From Chloroflexota bacterium (GTDB lineage Bacteria; Chloroflexota; UBA11872), in contig OZ242271.1 in the NCBI GenBank assembly GCA_965207185.1, positions 1,856,806-1,920,805 on the forward strand: a DNA stretch of 64,000 nucleotides. The letters are read 5' to 3'. Shown here one piece after another: positions 25,971 through 34,188 of the stretch. The notes under the pieces were generated by a model. The model saw only the letters and a list, made by a program, of their open reading frames with translations. It was not told where the DNA came from and made no database searches. Position 1 is the stretch's first letter. Every line of letters begins with the position of its first letter. Position numbers and translations under genes: made by a program.

Positions 25971-26207
25971 ATGGCCGACCCGAGCATTGGCACCGCTGCG
26001 CTGACGCGCGCCGAATTGCGTGAGGAACTGGATCGAAGCCTCGCGCACTATGCAACCAAGGCAGACCTTGCCGAGTTGCGAGGCGAAATCAGAGCCGAGA
26101 TAGCCAACCTGCGGGCTGACCTGATCAAGTGGATGATTGGCTTGATGCTTGGGTCGGTGACCACGGCGGTTGCTATTGCGGTGGCCGTTGATCGGTTCGC
26201 CGGTTAG
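25971..26207 (+). CDS. DUF1640-like small protein (coiled coil + C-terminal TM), copy 1
   Basis: 78 aa: TRAELREELDRSLAHYATKADLAELRGEIRAEIANLRADLIKW + hydrophobic C-terminus. 11-residue periodicity. Confidence 0.5.
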   Translation: MADPSIGTAALTRAELREELDRSLAHYATKADLAELRGEIRAEIANLRADLIKWMIGLMLGSVTTAVAIAVAVDRFAG

Positions 26208-26316
26208 GCCGACAGGACCTCAGCTACTGGGCGGCGACGGTCGGTGGGTACAGCGGTCGTGGGCTACTATTGCTTCCAGGGCGGCGAGACAGTACTTCGA
26301 AATGGGAGCCGTCCGA

Positions 26317-26586
26317 ATGCGCAACCCCAGCATTGCCGCCGCTGCGCTGACGCGCGCCGAACTGCGTGAGGAACTTGACCGAAGCCTCGCGCATTATGCG
26401 ACTAAGGAAGATCTCGCTGATCAGCGCGCTGACCTTATGACCGAGATTGCCAATCTGCGCGGCGACATGAAGGCGGAAATCGCGAACCTGCGGGCTGACC
26501 TGATCAAGTGGATGATTGGCTTGATGCTTGGGTCGGTGACCACGGCGGTTGCTATTGCCGTGGCCGTTGATCGGTTCGCCGGTTAG
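26317..26586 (+). CDS. DUF1640-like small protein, copy 2 (has one extra 11-mer repeat)
   Basis: ATG 26317: MRNPSIAAAALTRAELREELDRSLAHYATKEDLADQRADLMTEIANLRGDMKAEIANLRADLIKW... Confidence 0.5.
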   Translation: MRNPSIAAAALTRAELREELDRSLAHYATKEDLADQRADLMTEIANLRGDMKAEIANLRADLIKWMIGLMLGSVTTAVAIAVAVDRFAG

Positions 26587-26630
26587 GCCGGCGGAACCTC
26601 AACAAACCGGCGGCGACGGTCGGTCTGGAC

Positions 26631-29600
26631 TCAGGCCCGGGTGAGGCGGACCTGCACGGGAACACCGTTCAGGGTCGGGGAGGTTTCGGCTGCGTCTTCA
26701 GGTGGCGGGCCTTCGTTGACCTGCAGGGCCAGGACTTCGGCGGCGATTTCGGGCTGGTGTTCGGCCAGGGTTTCGTGCAGGGCGGCCGGGCCGTCGAGCC
26801 AGAGGTGGATGCGGTCTGAGACTTGGAGGCCGGCGTCGCGGCGGAGGCCCTGGGTGGCGTGGACGAGTTCGCGGGCGAGGCCTTCACGGGCCAGCTCGTC
26901 GTCGATATCAGTGGCGATGGCGACGATGACGCCGTCCTGCTCGGCGACGCCGAAGCCCTCGCGAGGGGTGCGGCGAACGTCCAGGTCGCCGGGCTCCAGC
27001 GTCTCGGTCATTCCTTCAACTTCGATGTGGAGGGAGCCGAGTTCGTCCAACTCGCGCACAGCCGCGGGCGCATCCAGCGCGGCGAGCGCGGCGGCGACCT
27101 GGCGTACCTGGCGGCCGAAGCGCGGGCCGAGGGCCCGGTAGTTGGGGCGAACCGAGTAATCCACCAGTTCGTGCTCGGAGGTCATGCGCCGGAGTTCCCT
27201 GACGTTGAGTTCGTCGAGGACGTGGGTTTGCAGGGTCGTGACGGCGTCCCACTCGGCGTCGGCGGCGACGCGCACCAGCGCTGAGCGCAGCGGCTGGCGG
27301 AGCTTGACGTTGGCGCTGTTGCGGGCGGCGCGTCCGGCCCGCACGACTTGCTGGGCCAGGGTCATGGCCGCGTCCAGATCAGGGTCGCGCAACGCGTCGT
27401 CGGCTTCAGGCCAGTCGGTGAGGTGGACGCTGCTGGGCGCGTTGGGATCGGCGCGGCGGACGAGGTTCTGGTAGATGTCGTCGGTCCAGAAGGGCATGAC
27501 GGGGGCCAGCAGGCGGACCAGGCTGGTCAGCAGTTCGTAGAGGGTCTGGTAGGCGGCCTGCTTGTCGTCGTCGGAGTCGGACTTCCAATACCGGCGGCGC
27601 CCGCGGCGCACGTACCAGTTGGACAGGTCCTCGATGAATTCCTGGGCGGCCTGCACGCCGCGGTGGACGAGGTAATCGTCCAGCGAGGCGGTCATGGTGT
27701 CGATGAGGCCTTGCAGGCGTGAGAGGGCCCAGCGGTCCAGGTCGGGACGCTCGGCGACCGGGATGCGGGGCGCGGTGGGGTCGAAGCCATCCAGGCGGGC
27801 GTAGGTCACGAAGAACGAGTAGACGTTCCAGAGCGTGAGCATGCGGCGCTTGACTTCGGTGGCCGGGCCGTAGCCGAAGTTGATGTTGTAGAGCGGGTTG
27901 TGGCCGGCGTAGAGCCAGCGCATCACGTCCGCGCCCATGCGCTCGGCGGCCTCGCTGAAGTCGATGGAGTTGCCCCAGCTCTTGTGCATGGGGCGGCCGG
28001 TTTCGTCGTTGAGCTTTTCGTAAACGAAGACGGACTGGTAGGGCGACTGGTTCTGGATGGTGACGCTCATGAAGAGCATGGAGTAGAACCAGAGGCGGAT
28101 CTGCTCGCGCATTTCGGTGATGAAGTCGGCCGGATACCAGTTCTCGAACTCCGCGCTGTTTTGCAGGTAGCCGAGGGTTGAGAAGGGCACGATGCCGGCG
28201 TCCAGCCAGGCGTCGCCGACGGCGTCGATGCGGTTGGTGGGGGCCTCGCAGGACTCGCAGCGGATGACGACGCGGTCGATCCAGGGGCGGTGCAGCTCGC
28301 GTAGCTGGTCCATGCCCTCGACGGCGCGCTCTTCAAGGTGGGCCCTGGAGCCGATGACCGTCAGATGTCCGCAGGACTCGCAGGGGTAGAAGGGCAGGGG
28401 CAGGCCCCAGTAGCGGCGGCGGGAGATGTTCCAGTCGCCCATGTTGCGCAGCCAGTCGGCCATGCGGGCGCCGGCGTATTCGGGCGTCCAGTTGACGGTG
28501 GCTGCGGCGTCGAGCATGGGCTGGCGGACTTCGTCGGCGCGGATGAACCACTCGTCGTCGACGCGGAACACCAGTTCCTCGTGGCAACGCCAGCAGTGCG
28601 GGTAGCGGTGGGTGTAGGTGTGGTGGCGATGGAGCAGGCCGCGCTTGCGCAGGTCGGCGACCACGTCGTCGGCGACCTCGCGGGCATCGCGGCCGGTCAG
28701 CCAGTCGTAGCCGGCTGTGTAGGCGCCGTTCTCGTCGATGGGCACGAGGACCTCGAGGCCGAGGTCCTGGCCGAGGCGGAAGTCCTCCTCACCGGCGCCG
28801 GGGGCGATGTGCACGACGCCGGTGCCCTCGTCAGCGCCGACGTCGGTCCAGGGAATGACGCGGTGGGTGACGCCCCGGACGGCGGGCAGGTCGTCGAAGG
28901 GTCCGTCGTAGGTCAGGTCGAGGAGGTCTGCGCCCTGGCGCCTGGCAACGATTTCAGCGTCTTCTCCAAAGACGCCTGACATCGCGGCTTCGGCCAGGAG
29001 GTAACGGCCGCCGTCCGCCGCTACCTCGACGTAGGTCAGATCGGGATGGACGGCGGCCGCCACGTTGGCGGCCAGGGTCCAGGGGGTGGTGGTCCAGATG
29101 AGCAGCCAGGTGTCGGGGCGTCCGTGGATGGGCAGGCGCACGTAGACGGCGTCGTGTTCGACCTCTTCGTAGGTGTCGATGAGCTCGTGCTGGGAGAGCG
29201 CGGTGCCGCAGCGGGCGCACCAGGGCATGGCGCGCTGGGCCGCGGCGATCCAGCCGCGTTCGTTACAGCGGCGCAGGAAGTGCCAGATGTGCTCGATGTT
29301 GTTGTCGGAGTGGGTGAAGTAGGAGTCGTCCCAGTCCATCCACTGACCCAGGCGGACCGACTGGCGGGTCTGTACGCCCGAGAACTTCTCCACGCGTTCG
29401 CGACAGGCGTCGGCGAAGGCTTCAAGGCCGAATTCCTCGATGTCGCGCTTGGAGTTGAAGCCGAGGTCCTTCTCGACTTCGACTTCCAGCCAGAGACCCT
29501 GGCAGTCAAAGCCGTTCTGGTAGCGCTGGTGGTAGCCGCGCATGGCGCGGTAGCGCTGGTAGACGTCCTTGTAGGTGCGGCCCCAGGCGTGATGCACGCC

Positions 29601-29801
29601 CATGGGGTTGTTGGCGGTGATGGGTCCGTCGAAGAAGGACCAGCGGGGACCGTCGGCGTTCTTGGCGCGCAGCCGCTCGAAGGTGTCTTCGCTGGCCCAG
29701 AGGTCCAGCATTCGCCGTTCCATGGACGGGAAGTCCAATTCCGCCGGCAGCGGATCGAACGCGGACTTTGGGTTCGGAGGGTTTGAAGATTCGTCACTCA
29801 T
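26631..29801 (-). CDS. ileS: Isoleucine--tRNA ligase
   Basis: 1056 aa; class I synthetase signatures (PITANNPMGVHHAWGRTYKD HIGH-region variant; KMSKS-like MHKSWGNS); editing and anticodon-binding domains. Confidence 0.95.
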   Translation of the reverse strand: MSDESSNPPNPKSAFDPLPAELDFPSMERRMLDLWASEDTFERLRAKNADGPRWSFFDGPITANNPMGVHHAWGRTYKDVYQRYRAMRGYHQRYQNGFDCQGLWLEVEVEKDLGFNSKRDIEEFGLEAFADACRERVEKFSGVQTRQSVRLGQWMDWDDSYFTHSDNNIEHIWHFLRRCNERGWIAAAQRAMPWCARCGTALSQHELIDTYEEVEHDAVYVRLPIHGRPDTWLLIWTTTPWTLAANVAAAVHPDLTYVEVAADGGRYLLAEAAMSGVFGEDAEIVARRQGADLLDLTYDGPFDDLPAVRGVTHRVIPWTDVGADEGTGVVHIAPGAGEEDFRLGQDLGLEVLVPIDENGAYTAGYDWLTGRDAREVADDVVADLRKRGLLHRHHTYTHRYPHCWRCHEELVFRVDDEWFIRADEVRQPMLDAAATVNWTPEYAGARMADWLRNMGDWNISRRRYWGLPLPFYPCESCGHLTVIGSRAHLEERAVEGMDQLRELHRPWIDRVVIRCESCEAPTNRIDAVGDAWLDAGIVPFSTLGYLQNSAEFENWYPADFITEMREQIRLWFYSMLFMSVTIQNQSPYQSVFVYEKLNDETGRPMHKSWGNSIDFSEAAERMGADVMRWLYAGHNPLYNINFGYGPATEVKRRMLTLWNVYSFFVTYARLDGFDPTAPRIPVAERPDLDRWALSRLQGLIDTMTASLDDYLVHRGVQAAQEFIEDLSNWYVRRGRRRYWKSDSDDDKQAAYQTLYELLTSLVRLLAPVMPFWTDDIYQNLVRRADPNAPSSVHLTDWPEADDALRDPDLDAAMTLAQQVVRAGRAARNSANVKLRQPLRSALVRVAADAEWDAVTTLQTHVLDELNVRELRRMTSEHELVDYSVRPNYRALGPRFGRQVRQVAAALAALDAPAAVRELDELGSLHIEVEGMTETLEPGDLDVRRTPREGFGVAEQDGVIVAIATDIDDELAREGLARELVHATQGLRRDAGLQVSDRIHLWLDGPAALHETLAEHQPEIAAEVLALQVNEGPPPEDAAETSPTLNGVPVQVRLTRA

Positions 29802-29805
29802 GGCG

Positions 29806-30528
29806 TCAGTCCGTCAGGGCGATTTCGAGGCGGCGGTTGATGCGCCCCTTGTTGGCGGCGTTGATGATGGCGACGCGGCCGACTTCGCTGGTGTTGGCGA
29901 CGTGGGTGCCGCCGTCGGCCTGGCGGTCCAGGCCCTCGATTTCCACGATGCGGATGTTGGCGATGTGGGCGGGCACCAGGTTGACGTGGGTGCGGATCAG
30001 ATCGGGAAGTTCCAGGGCTTCGGCGCGGGGTAGCTCGTAGGCGCGGACGGGACGGGCCGCGGCCAGTTCGGCGTTGAGGCGTTCCTCGATCTGGTCGCGC
30101 ACGTCGTTGATGCGGATGCCTTCCAGCGAGAAGTCCATGCGGGCCTTGGCGCCGTCGTCGTAGATGTGGCTGCCGGTGACGTCGGCCTGCCAACCGGTCC
30201 AGACGACGCCTGAGAGGGCGTGCAGGGCGGTATGCAGGCGCATGAAGGCGTAGCGCAGGTCCCAATCCAGGTGACCGGTGAGGGCGGTTCCGACCGGCGG
30301 CGGTTCGCCTTCGAGCCGGTGGACGATATCTCCGCCCTGGCGGCGCACGGCGGTCACCGGCCAGATCTGCCCGTGGGCGCGCAGTTCGCCCAGGTCGCTC
30401 GGCTGCCCGCCGCCCAGCGGATAGAAGGCGCTGCGGTCCAAGGCGACTCCGTCCGGCCTGACGGCCGTGACCGTGGCCTCGAAGTCGCGCAGGTAGCTGT
30501 CGGCGTAGAACAGCGGCTCGGTTGCCAT
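29806..30528 (-). CDS. Alanyl-tRNA editing protein AlaX-like (trans-editing domain)
   Basis: HTALHALSG and DGGTHV zinc-binding motifs of the AlaRS editing domain. True start ATG 30528 (MATEP) with GGAG SD. The track's 11-codon N-terminal extension translates the terminator hairpin. Confidence 0.8.
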   Translation of the reverse strand: MATEPLFYADSYLRDFEATVTAVRPDGVALDRSAFYPLGGGQPSDLGELRAHGQIWPVTAVRRQGGDIVHRLEGEPPPVGTALTGHLDWDLRYAFMRLHTALHALSGVVWTGWQADVTGSHIYDDGAKARMDFSLEGIRINDVRDQIEERLNAELAAARPVRAYELPRAEALELPDLIRTHVNLVPAHIANIRIVEIEGLDRQADGGTHVANTSEVGRVAIINAANKGRINRRLEIALTD

Positions 30529-30540
30529 GTCGCTCCAGAC

Positions 30541-30572
30541 AAAGAAAAAACCCGTCCCCAACGGGACGGGTC
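30541..30572 (-). terminator. Intrinsic terminator/attenuator hairpin of the T-box leader (CCCGTCCC-gttg-GGGACGGG + TTTTTTCTTT on the minus strand)
   Basis: 8-bp GC stem + U6 tract, 13 nt upstream of the alaX RBS. Confidence 0.6.
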
Positions 30573-30833
30573 AAAGAACCCGCGGTACCACCCGCGTTGC
30601 GCGGCCGCGAGGACCGCGCCACTTAGCCGGCACGCGCCGAGAGGCGGATGCCGTTGCGCCTGTCACGGAGCGCAACTCCGTCCGGTTCTACCAGCCCCAG
30701 GGGGCCTTCGACCGGCGGCTCGGGAAGGATGTTCCAGCGGGACCCTGACCGCCCGGCTTGCACCGTCCCGGGCTCGCTGCGGCGGGCCACCCGCCGAACG
30801 CGTTTCCGTCAACGCCTTTCCTACAGGCGACCT

Positions 30834-30890
30834 TTGCGTAATCCCGGGATGGTTGCCCGGAAGACCCTCAACCCAACCCTCTCCCAGCGG
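30834..30890. repeat. Copy B of the conserved 55-nt element (lies within the T-box leader region)
   Basis: See 23477-23532. Hairpin CCGGGATGGTTGCCCGG and CCCTCTCCC-agc-GGGAGAGGG. Confidence 0.5.
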
Positions 30891-31068
30891 GAGAGGGAGC
30901 AAGAGCGGTCCCAAATCCGAGGACCACGGGAGTTGTGCAAACGTCTCCTGCAGGGAGTGAGTGTCGCCGCCGGCCTGGCGACGGTCAAGAGTTTGAGCAG
31001 TGGCTGGTGGACGGTGGCTGGTGACCAGGCAGGCACCCAGTCACCAGCCACTGACCACTGTTTGCCGC

Positions 31069-31971
31069 CTATTCGCCCTTGGCGCCGGCGATGTCGCGGC
31101 GCTGGAAGATCCAGAAGGAGAGGCCGCTGAGGACCACGATGTAGGCCAGCGAGACGAGGAAGCCATGCAAGGCATCAGGTTGCATGGCGAGGACCGCAGC
31201 GTCGCCGAAGGTGTCGTCGCCGCCGCCGACGAAGAGCTCGCCGCCGGTCGTGCCCAGCCAGCCGCCGACCGCCTGACCGAGGACGAAGCCGGACACCGGC
31301 TCGAACCAGTCGAAGTTGGCCAGAATGCCGATCACGATTCCCTCGGCGACGGCATAGCCGAGCGAAAGCCCGATGGCCGTGCCGGAGGAGGTGGTCAGGA
31401 CGGCAAAGAACAGCCCCAGGGCCACATAAGGCAGCAACCCAAAGATGGCCTTGCCGAAGATGCGCGCCACCTCGGCCCAATCCGACGACTCGGCAACCCA
31501 GTTGCCGCCTTCCAGGGTCAACGAGGCGATAAAGCTGCTCAGGGCCATGGAAAGAGCTCCGACAATCAGCGCGCCAACGCCCAGGAGCGCGACGAGCAGC
31601 AGCTTGGAGGCCAGCAGTTGCCAGCGGCCGGCGCCCCGCGTCAGGACTGTGCGTACCGTGCCCCAGCCGTATTCGGTGCCGGTGAGCGAGGCGGCCAGGA
31701 TCATGATGAGGATGATGCTGAAACCGTGCGAGATCGCGAGCCCGATCACCGCGTTGTTTGGAAAGGCCAGGAGTTCGAGGAACGCGCCGCTGACGCTGGC
31801 GGCGCCGCCGTCGCCCAGCGTCACTTCATCGCCGACGCGAAACAAGGCGTAGGCGCTCCAGAACGTGATCTGCAACAGCAGGACGCTGACGAACAGCAGG
31901 ATCCAGGGCATCCGCCGGCGGCGGAGCTTGAACCACTCCCAGCGGGTCAGGGACAGAGTTTCAGCAATCAT
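31069..31971 (-). CDS. ABC-2 family transporter permease
   Basis: 300 aa, 6 TM helices. Paralog of 32055-32939 with identical N-terminal (MIAE/DxLSLTRWEW) and C-terminal (FQRRDIAGAKGE) ends. Confidence 0.8.
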   Translation of the reverse strand: MIAETLSLTRWEWFKLRRRRMPWILLFVSVLLLQITFWSAYALFRVGDEVTLGDGGAASVSGAFLELLAFPNNAVIGLAISHGFSIILIMILAASLTGTEYGWGTVRTVLTRGAGRWQLLASKLLLVALLGVGALIVGALSMALSSFIASLTLEGGNWVAESSDWAEVARIFGKAIFGLLPYVALGLFFAVLTTSSGTAIGLSLGYAVAEGIVIGILANFDWFEPVSGFVLGQAVGGWLGTTGGELFVGGGDDTFGDAAVLAMQPDALHGFLVSLAYIVVLSGLSFWIFQRRDIAGAKGE

Positions 31972-32054
31972 TCGGGCTTTTCCCGTTTCTTACCAGAGGG
32001 GCCCGGACGCTGGGCCGCGGCGGATGTGGATGGCGCATTTTTTGGCATGGGCCG

Positions 32055-32939
32055 CTACTCGCCCTTTGCGCCGGCGATGTCGCGGCGCTGGAACAGCCCA
32101 AAGGCTACGGTCGTCAGGACGACCACGTAGCCCGTCAGGACGAGGAAGGCCTGCGTCGCATCCGGCAGTTCGGCAGCGCTGCCGAACGAAAGGCCGCCGG
32201 CTGCGGATCCCATCCAGCCGCTGACGGCCTGACCCAGGATGAAGACGTCAATTCGTTCGAACCAGTCGAAGTTTGCCAGCACGCCGATCAGGATCGACTC
32301 CGCGAACCAGTAGCTCAGCGATATCCCAATGGCCGCTGCCGTAGACGACGTCACCACCGCGGCAAAGACGGCCAGCGCAACGTAGGGCAGCATGCCGTAG
32401 ACGGCTTTGCCGAACCCGATGCCCAGGCCCAACCAGTCGGCGGAGGCCGCCACCCAGGCGGCGTCCAGCGTGGTGAGAGCGATCACGCTGCTGACGCCCA
32501 ACGCAGCGGCTGCCACGACTAGGGCCCCGACACTCAGGCAGGCCAGCAGCAGTAGCTTGGAGGCCAGCAGCGGCCAACGCCCGGCGCCCTTGGTCAGCAC
32601 GGTGCGCAGGGCGCCCCAGCCGTATTCGCTTCCGATCAGGGACGCGGCCAGGATCATCACCAGGATGCCGCCGAACCCGCGCCCGGCGATGAGGCCGTTC
32701 GCGAGGCTGTTTGGAAAGGCGAACATTTCGAGGAACTGGTCGCTGGTCGAAACGGTGACCTCGCCCGACCCTCCGCCTTCGCCGACCATCACCTTACTCC
32801 CGCCGCGGAACAGGGCGTAAGTGACCCAGAAGTTGACCTGTACCAAGAGCGCGATAACGGCCAGCAGGATCCAGGGCATGCGGCGGTGGCGGAGCTTGTA
32901 CCACTCCCAGCGGGTGAGGGACAGCACATCGGCAATCAT
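32055..32939 (-). CDS. ABC-2 family transporter permease (tandem paralog)
   Basis: 294 aa; 4-bp overlap with the upstream ATPase gene. Confidence 0.8.
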   Translation of the reverse strand: MIADVLSLTRWEWYKLRHRRMPWILLAVIALLVQVNFWVTYALFRGGSKVMVGEGGGSGEVTVSTSDQFLEMFAFPNSLANGLIAGRGFGGILVMILAASLIGSEYGWGALRTVLTKGAGRWPLLASKLLLLACLSVGALVVAAAALGVSSVIALTTLDAAWVAASADWLGLGIGFGKAVYGMLPYVALAVFAAVVTSSTAAAIGISLSYWFAESILIGVLANFDWFERIDVFILGQAVSGWMGSAAGGLSFGSAAELPDATQAFLVLTGYVVVLTTVAFGLFQRRDIAGAKGE

Positions 32940-33940
32940 TCGGACCGCTCCCCGTTTTCGCCGGTGACGTCCAGGAAGTACTGCTCCAGGGAGACCTGGA
33001 GCGGGGCGATCTCGGTGACGTAGACCTCGGACTTGCTGAGCAGGGCGGTGAGTTCGGACGAGCGTTCGTGGGCGATGGTGACGACCAGCGCGTCGTCCTC
33101 GGTCCTGGCGGCCTCGATCTCGTCCGAAGCGGTCAGGATGGTCAGGGCCCTGGCGTCGTCGGTGGTTCGGAGGCGAACCTGTTCCTGGGGGCGCAGCAGG
33201 TCGGCCACGTCGCCCTGAACGACCAGCCGCCCCCTGGCAATGATGGCCACGCTGTCGCAGACCTGCTCGACCTCGTTGAGCAGGTGGCTGGAGAGCAGGA
33301 TGGTGCGGCCTTCGGAGCCGAGATCGCGGATCAGGTCGCGTACCTCGGCCATGCCGGCCGGGTCCATGCCGTTGGTGGGCTCGTCCAGCAGCAACAGCTC
33401 GGGATCGCCCAGCAGGGCGTAGGCCAGTCCCAGACGCTGTTTCATGCCGAGCGAGTAGGTCTTGAAGGCGTCGTTGGAACGCCCGGCCAGCCCCACGAGT
33501 TCAAGCAGCCGGTCCAGTTCGCGTGAATCTTTTCGACCCATCACGCCCTGGAAGTAGGCGAGGTTGCGGCGGCCGGAGAGGTAGGGGTAGAAGGCCGGGG
33601 TCTCGACGATGGCGCCGATACGCCGCAGCGCGTCCCGGCCGGTACCGTTCGTTCCCAGCAGGCTGAAGCTGCCGGAGGTTGGGCGAACCAACCCCAGCAA
33701 CATGCCCATCACGGTGGTTTTGCCCGCGCCATTGGGCCCGAGCAGGCCGAAGACGTGGCCCTTGGGAACCTGAAGGGATAGCTGATCCACCGCCAGCACG
33801 CGGCCGTAGCGCTTGGTGAGCGCATTGGTTTCGATCATAACGTCGGTCATGGCGTGGGTCGCCTGAGCAAGTTGGACATTGGGCGCTCCTGGTGGGTCGT
33901 TCACGCGGCTCACTGTAGGCTGCGGCGCGCCATCGCTCAA
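32936..33940 (-). CDS. ABC transporter ATP-binding protein
   Basis: Walker A GPNGAGKTT; signature LSLGMKQRL; Walker B LLLLDEP; H-loop. Start may be the internal MTDVMIE. Confidence 0.85.
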   Translation of the reverse strand: MSDGAPQPTVSRVNDPPGAPNVQLAQATHAMTDVMIETNALTKRYGRVLAVDQLSLQVPKGHVFGLLGPNGAGKTTVMGMLLGLVRPTSGSFSLLGTNGTGRDALRRIGAIVETPAFYPYLSGRRNLAYFQGVMGRKDSRELDRLLELVGLAGRSNDAFKTYSLGMKQRLGLAYALLGDPELLLLDEPTNGMDPAGMAEVRDLIRDLGSEGRTILLSSHLLNEVEQVCDSVAIIARGRLVVQGDVADLLRPQEQVRLRTTDDARALTILTASDEIEAARTEDDALVVTIAHERSSELTALLSKSEVYVTEIAPLQVSLEQYFLDVTGENGERSE

Positions 33941-34188
33941 ACGGCGTAATTTCGGGCCTGCGGGTCGGCCGAAAGGACTAGGGCCGCTCGATCTCCAGGC
34001 AACGAAGGCTCTTCGCCGAGCACCTGCGCCACGGGTTTGGCACGGGCGTCGGGTGACACGAGCCCCGCGTCCGCCGCTAGCCGACGCGTCAGCGGCCGTG
34101 CCAGCCCGTGGAACCGGAGACGCGACGACGGCGCCGGTGGCGCGGACCCTTCGGCCCGCGAGCGCACCGGCGCCGTTGTGTCAGGCGC

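Larger units (their letters stand above)
25920..26600. repeat. Tandem direct duplication (2 x about 340 bp), each unit carrying a DUF1640-like small gene and its upstream region
   Basis: CCAGGGCGGCGAGACAGT-[T/A]-CTTC upstream motif and the coding sequence are repeated. The protein C-termini ANLRADLIKWMIGLMLGSVTTAVAIAVAVDRFAG are identical. Confidence 0.6.
30541..30900 (-). promoter_or_regulatory. T-box riboswitch leader controlling alaX-ileS
   Basis: Minus strand reads ...GCAACGCGGGTGGTACCGCGGGTTCTTTGACCCGTCCCGTTGGGGACGGGTTTTTTC. GGGTGGTACCGCGG matches the T-box consensus GGGUGGNACCGCGG exactly, and the terminator follows directly. An upstream CCGGG-CAACCAUC-CCGG hairpin carries an Ile AUC triplet as a specifier candidate. 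Confidence 0.6.

Noticed and set aside
30529-30561. N-terminal MGTGFFFVWSD extension of the alaX-like ORF
   Set aside because: It is the translation of the T-box terminator hairpin and U-tract. The real start is ATG 30528 with a GGAG SD.
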